Source: Octopus bimaculoides (lineage: Eukaryota). Taken from it: a stretch of 64,000 nucleotides of DNA. Below the pieces are notes generated by a model that saw nothing but the letters and a program-made list of their open reading frames with translations, was not told the DNA's origin and did no database searches. The DNA is taken from the NCBI RefSeq assembly GCF_001194135.2, contig NC_068997.1, forward strand, positions 54,826,099 through 54,890,098, given 5' to 3'. A program made the translations under genes and the position numbers. Below are positions 21,766-34,883 of the stretch, one piece after another; the first letter of the stretch is position 1; the number at the start of each line of letters is the position of its first letter.

Positions 21766-24329
21766 GTTTAAATGACAAATTGAAATGTAGACATGGGGGG
21801 GGGGGGGGGGGGGGGGAGGTGTGAAGAACAAAACAACAAAAAGCAACTTTTTTTTTGTGTTTTGTTAAAAAATAAGTCTTAATTCAATATTACATATTTA
21901 CACAGGTATAGATATCCATATGTGTGAGAGCAATATATCTATATACATACATATATATCATATATGCTTGTGTCTATATACACATGTTTAGCATCAACAT
22001 CATTTACATCTGCCTTCCTTGTTATACATGTTTTTGCTGTGGATTGATAGAATTGTAAGAATGGTGAACAGCATTTGTTCCAGCCTTTTAAATTCTGAGT
22101 TCAGAGTTCAGATCCTGCTTAGGTTAACTTTGGCTTTCATCTTTTCAGGTTGATTAAATAACATTAAGTACAGGGTGTGCTTAAATCGCAAAATATCATT
22201 AACATTTTTATTGTTGTTGTTGTTGTTGCCATCATCATCATCATTCTATGTACACATAGTCATCATTGTTGGTGGCCCAACAAGGCCACAGCTTTTGCCT
22301 GAAACAAGTAATATAGATGTGTATAGATGTGTGTGCAAACTCTAAGTCTCACCAACTGACTACAATGGGCATTACTGGTGAGGTCTAATAAGCTTGAAAC
22401 ATGTTCATTACTTTCACCAGTTTACTTAAAAGACAAGATCCATTCTCAGAATCCATTTTTTATATTTTTCAAAATTTCCATTAAATGATTTTGTTGTAGT
22501 TGTCTTTTCTTGTTGTTCTTCAATCTTAAATACAACTAGAAGAATTTATTATTTACTAGTATTTCAGTTAGTGTCAATTAATTGAGGTTGCATATAAGGG
22601 TGTAAGAATGTGTATGGGATGGTTTTTAAAGTTCGTTGGTGTTTTTGTTGCATCATCTTCCATAGAAAATAAAGTAAATATTTAAACTTCCTGTGGATGA
22701 CAAATATGTATTCCAGGTACTTAGATCAAATGTTGATTAGTTTTTTTTTGTTTTGTATCTATTTTTTTATGACTTCCATCAAGAACAAGGAAACATATCC
22801 ACATTTAACCTTATATGGGATGCATTTTCTTCCTTTCTATTTTGAAATGCTGTAGATGATCTAGAGCTTGTGCTTTTCTTTCAAACTTAGAATATTCACA
22901 ACAAGAGTGCAGTGAAAAAGAACACAATTCACAAAAGTAAACATGAGAATGTCAGGAGAAGAAAGGAGAAAAGGGGGGAAAAAGCAGTAAATTGGTGAAT
23001 AAATAAGCAAGATATAGAAGCATGCACATTCTGTCAGGCTGTTTGGAATCTAAAGCTGGAATAAATGATTATTGTGAAACAATTGTAAGATAGCCTTTCG
23101 TTGGAACTTAGAAAATTATACATTTTTTAGGGATTTCTATACCTCCCAGTGACAGCTGGAACATAATTAATTAAACATAATTAAATGGACCAGCTTTCAT
23201 ATGATCAATGTTCAAAGAAGAAAAGAAATATAAATGTTAAAGATGGGTTTAGTTTTAACCTGACTTTAGGTTTATTTCTGTAAGGTGGTGAATTGGCAGT
23301 TTGTTCCAGTGCTCTGTACCCAAGTTCTAATCCAGCCTCTCATCCTTTTCTGGATAATTAAGAAGTCTCAACGAGAATGGCAGATTGATGGAACTGTAAG
23401 AAAGTCAGACTAGATCCCTTGCAGCATTAATTTTGGCTCTTGGTCTACGTGGGTGATAGATATTTTCTGATGCCCAGTTTAACGTCTCTAACCTAAACTA
23501 CCTTTAGGGGAATTCACTCTGTAGCAGTCATTTCTTCTCAGTCTTCAGATTGAGGACAACTTCATTAACCCCAGGTCTCAGAGGCCCTGTGCAGGGTCAC
23601 AGGCAGTGCCTTCCCACCTGATTAAATATTGAAAGAAACAAAATTTCTGAAAATGGACTTTTTCTGAGTTAACTTTATCAAAACATTAAACCAATGATTT
23701 CCACATGAAAACTGTGGCAGTAAGAAGTAGTAGATAAGCTAGAGTTTAAGTGCTAAGTTCACAATTTAAAATATTCACTCTACACTAGATGAGCATTTCT
23801 CTTTTGTTAAGATGGGGGCGGGGGCGGGGGCGGGAGAAGAGAAAAAGAATTATCAAAACAAAGAAACAAAATAGAAATTAATAAATACTGAATCTTGGAA
23901 TATTTTTATTTTATTTAATATCTAGAAAATGAGACTAATCTCTGAACTAAGAATCTTTTAAAGTCTTAAAATTAAAAAAAAAAGACAAATTATATTTAAA
24001 AGTTGTCTTAATCTTCAAAGTTCTACTTTCCCTCTATTCATTTAGCATTATTTGTGCAATAAAATATTTTAAAAAATGTAAACTTTTCTGAAGGTTGGTT
24101 TTGACAGGAATAATAAAAGCTCCAGTATTATTCATAATATTTGATAGTGGTTTCACTTATGGCATAGTTAAAACTTTAACTTGTGATCATTTATAATCGA
24201 AAGAGTACATATATGTGGGTTAGGTGGGTGTGTATATCTTTCTATGGATGTACATACACACACACATATCTGTGTATATGCATGAATATATGTATCCATG
24301 CTGGTACATATACTTGTGTATACTTTCAC

Positions 24330-24357
24330 ACACATATGCATATATAATCATCATGAA

Positions 24358-24402
<45 letters not shown>

Positions 24403-24629
24403 TATACATACCTATACATATGCACATTTGTATATATATATATACATCTACATAAATATATACACACATACATATATAAGCACACATATATACAATATAC
24501 ATATATATATACACACACATATATACATATATATATACATACATACATGTATATACATACATGTATATAGATGCACACACATATATACATCATATATACA
24601 TACATATATGTAAATACACATACATACAG

Positions 24630-24675
<46 letters not shown>
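24330..24675. repeat. Complex (TA)n/(CA)n/TACA microsatellite field
   Basis: Directly visible. It is the source of several spurious Y/I/H/T and C/V/Y ORFs. Confidence 0.95.
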
Positions 24676-24677
<2 letters not shown>

Positions 24678-25054
24678 ATCATAGTCAGAGATAATTTCCC
24701 CTCAGCAAAAGAAAAAAGTAATAATAAAACCATCTGAAATGTGTTGCCGTGCATTTAAGAGACATAGATGGATAAAAAAGAAGTTTTCAGATAAATAATT
24801 GCAGATATTTTTAGTCGTCAAAATACTGGAACACTTCCATCTGTTGCTTATCTTTCTTCATATATTTTTTATGGTTCCTAGCAGGAAATTATGGAGAAGC
24901 TACTATCACATATATAATATTGATTTCACTACACTAAATACTTGTAAAATATAAGCAGATACAAGATGAAAAATTTAAATTACTTTTTAAATTTTACTGC
25001 TTATAAGTTTTATTTAATTATTGTAATTATTTATTATTATTATTATAAATGCCT

Positions 25055-25350
25055 TAGAATGCTTTGCAGCTTTATGTACTGAGTTCTAATTACACCAAGG
25101 TTGACTTTGCCTTTCATACTTTTGAGGTTAAAAAAAACATTACCTGCTGAGCCGTACAATATAAATGACTTACACCTTGTCCTCAAAAAACTTCAGGCTT
25201 TGTGCCTATAGTAGAAAAGATTATTATTACCATCATCATCATCATCATTCTGCTCTGGTCAACTTGGCCTTTCGTCCATTTGGAGTCAATGAAATAAGTA
25301 GCTGTTATGCACCAATACAAAGCAGGTACATGATAACACTTGCAATCAGT
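25055..25350 (+). mobile_element. Two partial family B SINE copies
   Basis: ctgagttctaattacaccaaggttgactttgcctttcatacttttgagg...ggctttgtgcctatagtagaaaagattattatt, followed by ggtcaacttggcctttcgtccatttggagtcaatgaaataagta. Confidence 0.7.
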
Positions 25351-26482
25351 TGAAATCAGAAGTCATGAAAGTCACTGCCTGGTATTATGTCTATGTTTAT
25401 TATTATATGAAGTTATTTCTGAAAGCTGAATACAAGAATCAACTAATAAAAGTTTGGCCTGCTATTCAAGCAGAATAGTATGCTTTGTCCAGCCGTTTAT
25501 GAGGAAATAGCTGTTTTAAATATGACAGCCACTTCCTATAGCCACATAATAGTAACAAAGGACAGATATCAGATCTAAATTCTGCTGTTCATGGTATTAC
25601 TAAAATGTTCATCTTTTTGTGTTTTCAAGTTCAAATTACAAATGGTTTCTTCTACATTCCATTCATTTAAAAAACAGATGTGATAAAAGCTGAACTGAAT
25701 AAAAACATGTTGATTGCACAACAGATATTTGTGACAATGTTCTACCTCAATTGATAGTGAATGGAATAAACCAATATTGAAAGCAGTAAAACAAAAATGG
25801 TCCATAGTTCTTTTTATTACACTCATAAAACAACTTGAAATGTAGTATTTCAATAATATGTTTTAGAATATAATGTTAATATTTTCCATTATATGAAAAT
25901 AAAATACTCTTGATAGCAAAGTTATTAACTCAATAAAATGTGGTGTCACTAGATAAGATAATAATGATGCAGTCTTTGGTTTTGAAGTTTAGAATCCAAA
26001 TGCTAAAGTGATGCTAATTATACACTAAAGGTTTCTATTTTTTTTAATCAGTCAGTAGGAAGTAAAATTTTTGACCTTTTTTTTTTAGTGCCTCCAAGAC
26101 TATTGGGTGGAAATGAAGTTGTTCTCAGACCAGAGATCTGCTCTGGATATTTGTGAGAGAATCATCAGCTTTGCTAAAAGTACTGAAGGACTGGGTGGTG
26201 TGTAAAATGGTTGACACCCAAAGATTAGGCTGTGATGTTAAACTGGGTGAGTGTGTGGGCTTTGCTAAAAGTACCACCAGGTATTGGTGCTGTTCAACTT
26301 GGTACTTACATAATATACATATGTATGCACATATAAGTGTGTATATGTATGCATGTATATGTGTGTGTATTGCCCCTCTGCCATCATGGGCAAGGCTGAG
26401 AGCCATTTCTGGTGTATAATAATGTCTTTCATCAACCTGTAATACTGTGTTTATCATTTAACCTCTGTGTGTGTGTATGTGT

Positions 26483-26514
<32 letters not shown>

Positions 26515-26539
26515 ATCATGCAAGCATGGACCTAAAAGT

Positions 26540-26680
26540 GATGATGATGATATGGCATGTGAAACCAATTTCCATCACCCAAACTTCACTCATAAGGCAT
26601 TGGGTCAGCTCGAATCTATGGTAACATGCAAGATACCATGCGATAGAATTGAACCAAGAACCATGTGGCTGGGAATCAAC
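26540..26680 (-). mobile_element. Family A SINE head
   Basis: aatttccatcacccaaacttcactcataaggcattgggtcagc...tgcaagataccatgcgatagaattgaaccaagaaccatgtggctggga. Confidence 0.65.
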
Positions 26681-29643
26681 TGAACATTTCTTTATACCTC
26701 TAAATTTTATAAATTCCTGTTCTTTATAATATTTATTGAAGAACTTCTGATAATCACTATAACTTTTTTTTACAGACATTTTTCCATCTCATGAATGTAT
26801 GGCAATATATCCGCCAGTTGAGTATTGCTAAATATCATTCTCTTAGTTGTTTGTAATTTGTTTCAAAAGCAAGTATTTCAACAGTTTTGTTCTTTCCATA
26901 ACACAGGAATCAATAAAACTCAATATATGTGCATTTATCCACATCAGGGATTAACTTTGAAGTAGAATTAAAAAAAGACACAAATTAGCATAAATCAGAG
27001 AAAAAAGTACTGATTTAAAATGAATGATTTTTAGGAAATGTAGGTATAATATATATAATTACAAATTTTCTGAAAGATTCTAAATTTCCAATGTCATTTT
27101 GGCTTTTTTAATATGCAAGTTTGCTATAACATAATATATTATGTTAACAAATTCAGTGTGTATTTCTTTCAAAAACCTGATTTTAAGTTCAACAATATTA
27201 GTTTCAACAACAAACACCCTTACAAAAACATTCATCTATAACTTATCAAAACTCTTTCATAGAATTTATATTTTAAAATTTATTAATTTCCTAAAAGGAA
27301 TATAGCTTTCTACCTTCAATAAAAAGAACTCTTAATGAAATTCTTTGAAATGAACAGTGAAGTATTTGAAAATTCTGAGTTTGAACCAAGGATATCTGCA
27401 TTTAAAAATTTATATAAAAATACCAGATGTAGAATTGCTTTTCTTTGCAGTGCTCAAATCTAACGATGCAATTCTTGATTAACTGTTTTGTTATACTTTT
27501 TAATCTATTATTTGAATTTCAGAGAAAACATAATTCATACAATAAATATCCTAGATTTTGCCGCAAATATGTTTTAAAAATATTTCAGTAAAAGCAGCCT
27601 TTAACATTTTATTCCTGGCTCATAGAAATTTGAAAGAGAGAAAAATCTCAGCATTGTAAAAAGCTATACTCCATGGCTGAAGCATTTCATAAACCTCTCT
27701 GGCATTTTGTCATGATTGTCTGAACCAAAAGTAGTTTATTACATAAATTGACAAGCATTTTCTCCAAAATATATTGCAACTTTTCCTATCTTGTGACAGG
27801 ACTATATTTCTAAGGATGGCATATACATTTTGGTTATAATTTGAATTATTGTAAGAGCAAAATAAGTTATCTGCATAAAGATTGCAATAAGATTTGAAAT
27901 GGAAACCGGCCTTTGAAGAAACAATTTGTTAGAATCATAAGATCTTAGGTTGACTGAAAATATTAATATAATAGCAGACATTCAGAGCGAGTAGTTTTAT
28001 TTCAAGAATTTATTTCTGAGAATCAACTAATGCAACAGTAGTTTCTCTTGATGTACAGTAATAATGATTCAATATCTAATAATAACATCTGATTGATATG
28101 GCATGAAAATGGCATCATCATCTGAAATTACTTTCATTTACTTCGAATAAAATTCTATGTTCTTGTGTCAAAAGTTTGAAGATTATGGAATTAAAACAAA
28201 ACGACTAATTTATCTAAGATTATTTTAATGAAAGGTCCATGGAAGAAGAAAGGTTACTCAAGTGAGAATTGAACCCCAACTTCGTATTAGGTATATGCAA
28301 AACCTCCTGTTCTAGTAATGTTGGTATGATTGCATCTTCAGCTGGAACTTCTGTTACTTGAATCAGTAAAACATGGACAAGGATGGGTGAGTTGGGGGTC
28401 TCAAGATAGTTGTACTGAGTGTATTCTTTCATTGTTATTTTATTTTCATTGATAAAGATGATGAGAAAACCAAATATCGTAGTATGAATACATGTATGTA
28501 AAAGATGCAGTAAAATGCAGTATAGGATGTGTGCGTGAGTTTGGAAAATATATTGGAAATGTCAGACACATTCAGTTTCTACTTTTAATGAATAATTTTC
28601 AGTGAATTGTACTAGTTCTTATTAGAAGAGATCGCACGATGATGCATTGAAATATCTATTTTACAGTTTGTTATATTCCAATAAGAAGAATTAAATAATT
28701 TTCTGCAGAATAGCAATATTTATAAACTAATTATCTGTTAAGTCTTCAGTCTCGATACAATTTGATGCACTCTTTGAGCCATTTGTAATAATTTTTACAG
28801 CAATCTAAAGGAATGATGACGACAACTGTCTACACTTCAGCATGTCCCTATTATTTTTAATTTGGAAGATGCTTTAAAGAAGTAAATATTTGCTTATTTG
28901 TTTGTCTTACCTCACCTCACAAGTTTATATTTTTCAGTGTGTGTGTGTGCGTGACAAAATAAATAAAACTAACCTATCTGAGGAATAATTATTTTGCATT
29001 TGTAATAACTTATGACTTTTGGGATTATGTTCATCCACAAAAAGAAATATTTTGTAACAACACGGATATCAGTATTTCAAATGTTAGTTTAGTTAAGTGT
29101 TATGAGGTGTATGGTCAATTAACTTTCAGAATGAAATACAGGTAGACCATAGGGAATGTTAAATATTTAAGTTTAGAGGCATTGGTTGATACTAATTAGT
29201 AAAGTTCTTAATTTATCTGGGCTATTTAACTGAATATAATATTTCAACAATAATGGGACAAGAATTAATTTTCTGTTCTGTGCTGAATTCCTGATAAAGT
29301 CAACTTTGGCTTTTATTCTTGCTAGGGACGATAAAATAAAAGTGTTACTGGGGTGGAAATATTCAGTTTTACTCTTGCCCTCAAATTGGGGGAGCATCAC
29401 AGCCCTGTGTTGAGAGGATATTCTTTGGAGTTTTAATAATTCCCCCCTGGAAACATGGGTGCTTTGTTCATTTTCCTTAAACAATCTTTATTCAGGGACC
29501 TTTGGAGGGGGATGCGATGATAAAGTCCTTGATCATGTCCTTGAGAATTAACAATCACATTTTAGACCCTTAATTCCACTCTTTTTGCATTTTTGTTCCT
29601 ATATCCAATATGCACACTCAGAGTTTTCTTTCATGATCTATCA

Positions 29644-29647
<4 letters not shown>

Positions 29648-29708
<61 letters not shown>

Positions 29709-29722
29709 AACACACCCACATT

Positions 29723-29759
<37 letters not shown>

Positions 29760-29779
29760 AACACACCCACATCTCTCTT

Positions 29780-29832
<53 letters not shown>

Positions 29833-29850
29833 CACACACACACAAACACA
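29648..29850. repeat. Higher-order (CT)n(CA)n compound microsatellite
   Basis: The block (ct)n(ca)n-aacacacccacat repeats twice, and a third block is partial. Confidence 0.9.
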
Positions 29851-30239
29851 TCTCTCTGCAAACATGGGCTGAATTTATTCTTACAAGTCAATTATTTATT
29901 TAAAGTTGACTATATACTGTCCTCTTTGCTAATCATCCATCTCTAAAGTAACGGTGGACAGTTTACAGTTAGTCAAGCAAACTTGATCAAGTGGAATAAT
30001 GTCATGTTTAGGGTAACAATACCATGACTTTTAGAAACGTTTGAACTTCTACCTGTAAGATTCATAGATCCACATTGGGTATGTGTGTGTGTGTGAGTGT
30101 ATTTCCCTTCAAATAGTATCTATTTGTTGTGCCTTCATCACTGTCTCATTTTAGTTGTCATGGTGAACATGTTAAAAGTAATTCACATATATGCCTCCCT
30201 GTCTTTTAGTAGAATCAACAAAAATAATTTATATATAGG

Positions 30240-30660
30240 TGCAAGGCATGTTTGTGTGGTAAGCTGCTTGCTTCCCAACCACATGGTTCTGGTCTGGCTT
30301 CAGTCCCACAGCATGGCACCTTGGGAAAGTGCCTTCTACTATAGCCTGAGGCAGATTAAAGCCTTGTGAGTGGATTCAGTAGACAGAAAATGAAAGAAGC
30401 TCATCATACATATTAGATATCTTTGCGTCTGTGTGTGTTTGTATTTTTCCTCCACCACTACTTGAAAACTGGTGTTGGTTTATTTACTTCCCTGTGACAT
30501 AGTTGTTTGGCAAAAAAAAGGACAGATAAAATAACTATCAGGCTTAAAATGAAAACAAGTACAGTTTCCGTTCAACAAGTACAATCATCATTCAACTAAA
30601 ATTCTTCTAGGCTATACTCCAGCATGGCCACAGTATAATGACTGAAACAGATAAAACATA
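30240..30660 (+). mobile_element. Near full-length degenerate family A SINE
   Basis: Collinear with 56746-57132 from the head (ggcatgtttgtgtggtaagctgcttgcttcccaaccacatggttc) to the tail (ctccagcatggccacagtataatgactgaaac...taaaa). Confidence 0.85.
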
Positions 30661-30776
30661 AAAGTTATGAAATATCTAGAATATCCTTTTTATGATGTAA
30701 GTGTATCTGAGGGCTTTGAATAACATGAAAGACATGCATGCATTTGAAAATGTATATTTGGAGACATACAAATATA

Positions 30777-30815
<39 letters not shown>

Positions 30816-30825
30816 NNNNNNNNNN

Positions 30826-30860
<35 letters not shown>

Positions 30861-31669
30861 ATATATATTTATATGCATACACACATAATACCCAGATTCA
30901 CAGACATATCGATATGTATGTATGGAATGTCAGAAACACAGAATGGATTTGTAACCAAAAATGTAGTGTTGTTAGGTATATTTTCTAGTCAGAAAATCCA
31001 GTCAACAGCCACACACACTCATATGTGTGTGTGTATATTCAAGCAATCATAGATGTATGTACTTATGAGTATGTATTCAAGAATGCTTGTGTAGATACTT
31101 GCTTTCAGTCATGTCTATATTACGTTATTGGATGCTCACAAATCCAGATTATTTTGCTGATGAATTTGATGTTTTATTCTTAAAATTTATCCTCAAAAGT
31201 GACAAGAAATTTACAGGTCATGTGAAAAACTGATTCCTGTAAATTCAAATTATATGATTAATAATTTTAAAACCAGAAACTTCTTCATCTATCGAATAAC
31301 ATTATAGACAACTAAGGAATCACCAGTAATCATTGAAATTACTTGTCAACAAAAAAAGATAAACGATTCCACCACGGAACAACTAAAAGGCACACCACTC
31401 TGCATTTACATTACATGTGCATATACACATGTACAAATATTTTCAGGGCTTATATTATGCTGTAGTTCTTTAAGAAATAATAGTCACCTTGGGATAATAG
31501 TGATAAAAGATAGTATACATTTTGCAGAGAATCTGTTTAGAATTTGGCAAACCATGAATACAAAATAAGTAAACGTTATTTTTTTTGCTTTTGTAACACT
31601 GGAAATATAAAGGCAAAGAAAAGAGAAGAAAATGGAAAGTTAATTTGTGTTTCACCATTTTGAAATGTA

Positions 31670-31960
31670 TACAGATTAGAAAGCCTCAGCACAAACGAAA
31701 TGTTGGTAATATGCATGAAAATGATATGTTGTTAACAATGGCTCTGCCAAAGTAAGAATGAAGAATATTCTGTGAATATTAAGCTAGTTACATGTCAATC
31801 TTATACAATTGGTCATTGGAGTAAATGGAGAAAATGTGACAAGTGAAAATGTAGAGCCAGTGATGACATGTATAGTAATGGGTGGAACAGAGAATGGAAC
31901 AATAGAGAGGAACTAGTAGAAAGAATATGGTAATTTAGAACTATGATCAGAAAACCAAAT
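31670..31960 (+). mobile_element. Very degenerate RTE LINE ORF tail
   Basis: Remnants across frameshifts: VRNEE-like (gtaagaatgaagaatatt), GH..xME and RGxxRKxW-like, in the order seen at 59800-59990. Confidence 0.35.
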
Positions 31961-32899
31961 GTGGTCCGTTAGGAACTTTGTATTCTACAGAATAAATAAT
32001 ATCCAAAATATGGGAGAAAGCAAGCATTTTGTATTGAGAAAAAATTCTCAAAAGAAAAATATTTCAGAAAATGAATCTCATGTAAGCATCAATAATGATT
32101 ATTTTGTTTTGTTTTGACCCTTTTAGTAAACATTGCTGGCAGATTTTTTTTTTACTCCTTTCCCTTCATTATAGACATCATCTACAAGAAATTTCTTTCT
32201 AGTTTGTTGTTTTTCCTGCTAAATATACAACACACAATTAACCATATCAGAATACTGATTTTGATAATAATAGAAATGGTTTAAGTTGGAACAATGCTGG
32301 AAATCATATCTGATTTGGCATGGTGTTATTGTTGTTAGATGTTTATTTAAGGTCAGTCCTTATCTGCAATCAAAGACATTCCAGCTTTGACCATCACATA
32401 AATTATTTTGACATAACAAAGCTAAAACTATATTATCCAAAGTGTCCTATTTTTTAAACAGTTAGAAGTTATTTGAGTGAGGTTTGATTTCTATTTCTAG
32501 CATGTAGAGAAGGTACTTAGAGATTCTTTTGGCTTTTACCTGTTGTAATTCTGTAAAACAAATATGTGCTTATACTTGAAGAATCACTGGGAACTACACA
32601 AATATTCCAAGCTGCCATATTCTTCTCATAGTAGGCTTTTGTTATTCATTAAACTTAGTAAGAATAGGAAATTATTCTTCACTGTTGACATGAGAAGTAT
32701 AATAATAATAATAATGTTTATATCTATAGTTTAATTTAAAATTTGTTATTTATTTGTTTTAATATATTTTGAGGTTTAGCTAAATTGTTTAGTTTTTAAA
32801 TTCACTTCACAACACAGTAAACATCTTGTTAGAACAAAGCTATAAAGCGGGATTTATTACAGTATTGTCTTGTTATATCATGCATCTGCACGGCGCTGC

Positions 32900-33310
32900 C
32901 GATGATAAATAGGATTGTAGGGTTTAGCTTCAATAAATTCATTTGCTTTTCCAATTATGTTGTGTTTTCGATCAACATTATGCAAAAGCATGGAATGCTT
33001 CATTGTGGATTGCCAACATCAAGTAAAATTGATGAGATGTTTGCATGTCCCAATGGATATTTCCAGTGTAGCCTTCCTAATAATTCTTTGACAACGAGGA
33101 TTCTATCATTTTCACATGAAGGTCATTTGGTTGAGTGACTTTAATGAAAACGTTTTGTTTAATCGAAAGTGTCATGTCACTTAAACTGGGAGGATTATAA
33201 TGAAGGATATGATTCTTCTTAAAAGCATGGATAGAGACTGTAACACCACTGCCATTGTTATTTTGATACAACTTAACAACGTTCAGCTTTGTATTACAAA
33301 ACCTGTTCCA
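32900..33310 (-). mobile_element. Probable decayed Helitron PIF1-type helicase C-terminal fragment
   Basis: RFCNTKLNVVKLYQN...HILHYNPPSLSDMTLSIKQ resembles RLCNGTRLxVxKLxxN...VLIPRIPLIPSDMPFxFKR. A downstream frame gives GHANISSILLDVGNP, resembling SHGQLYVACSRVGNP. Confidence 0.45.
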
Positions 33311-33617
33311 TATATGCATGTGCGGTGTGTACATATGGATACATAACTACATAAAAGCCTACATATATGCCTAGAAGCTTATGCACACCTTGATTATTAT
33401 ACATCATTACAAAGAAATCAGCAACTAATGTTGTTTATATGTGCGTGCGTGTGTAGCCACAGGTCTGACTGTGTGGTAAGTAACTATCTTTGCTTCCCAA
33501 CCACATGGCTCTGGGTTCAGTCCTGCTGCATGGTACCTTGGGCAAGTGTACCCAAAGCCTTAGGTGGGAATTTGACAGAGGAAAACTGAAAGGAGCCTTG
33601 TTGTACCACTCTTCTGA

Positions 33618-33664
<47 letters not shown>

Positions 33665-33939
33665 ATCATCATCGCCATTGTTTAACGTCCACTATCCATG
33701 CTGGCATGTCTTGAATCAATGAACGCCTTGTGTGTATGTGTGTTTTCATGTGCTGTTGCCTGTTTTTCTGCTGTAAGATAGAGGTTTGACAAATAGCAAT
33801 TGATAAAATAAATACTGAGGCCAGCATGATTGACTAGATCTTTGAAGGTGGTGCTCTAGACTGGCCACAATCCAGGGATTGAAACTAGTAAAACAGCAAT
33901 TTTTTGAAGGGGGTTGTTTTTGTGTATATTACATGCAAT

Positions 33940-34450
33940 TAGCTGTGGAGGAATGGTTTGTAGTAGATATCGGAATGATGCATTAAGTTCCTAAAAGAAC
34001 TGGGTCAGTGAAATCAGTGAGGAATTTGGTATTGCAATAAGTCTCCAAAAAATTTCCTCTGGCAGAATTTACTGAATCTCTGCACTTTTTGGGCAGCATG
34101 AAGAAGGCTAAAATTATTGTTTATGGAAAAGCAAGAAACAATGTGAACTGGCATTAGCATAGTGAAACTTTATAGCATGGAAAAGATGAAATACGTAGGA
34201 AATCGCTTTTGTTTAAAGATTAGAAGTAATGAGAAGATAGAAATGGAATTTAATTTGTATGAAGACTTGTGTAAGAGAAAGGACAAATTTTATAACAATA
34301 TTCAAGTATGGAAGATATCAAAGTGTGTTTTATTTAATCCTGTGTAAAACTCAGGTGTACACTAATTGTCAAACAGAAATTCATTTACACATTATTTTAA
34401 CAATAAATAAATTCACGGTTTATGAGCCAAAAGTCCTAACAACTTCTCCA
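33940..34450 (+). mobile_element. Decayed RTE/BovB-like LINE RT-thumb fragment
   Basis: SEISEEFGIAISLQK (AC..FGL.ISLKKT), KLYSMEKMKYVGN (LEVVxxFxYLGS) and IHLHIILTI...PKVL (FHxRCLRxILxI...EVL), in order. Confidence 0.5.
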
Positions 34451-34822
34451 CTGTTTGGTTTCATAATCCAATTTGTAGAAACCAAAAGGCTTCCATTATT
34501 TGACTAAGAGTGAACATTTGATGTTCTTTATTTTTCAATTTCTTATAAGTACAGAAAGTTAAACTGTGTTTTGGTTATTGGAATTGGCATAAATAATCAG
34601 GAACCTAATGTTCGTTCATTATGTTTGTGAAATGCCTTCTGTGAGAGATGTGTGTGTGTGTGTGTGTTAAGCTTTCATAGTGGAGATAACAGATTAAAAA
34701 GTATGTGTATATTTACATATTCAACTAGTTGATTGTTGCAGTGTTGTGTGTGTGTGTGTGTGTTTGGTATGAAACTTCTAAGCAATTTTGAAAGAATACA
34801 TACTGCAATCATGTATGTGTGC

Positions 34823-34883
<61 letters not shown>

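Noticed and set aside
23520-23640. Strong minus-strand acceptor (tttctttcaatatttaatcag) followed by WEGTACDPAQGL
   Set aside because: All three frames hit stops within about 20 codons.
31793-31852. Plus-strand CQSYTIGHWSKWRKCDK*KC, which looks like a TSP1 WSxWxxC motif
   Set aside because: It is on the opposite strand from the THSD7 exon, has an in-frame TGA, lacks splice sites, and lies within what looks like a decayed RTE tail.
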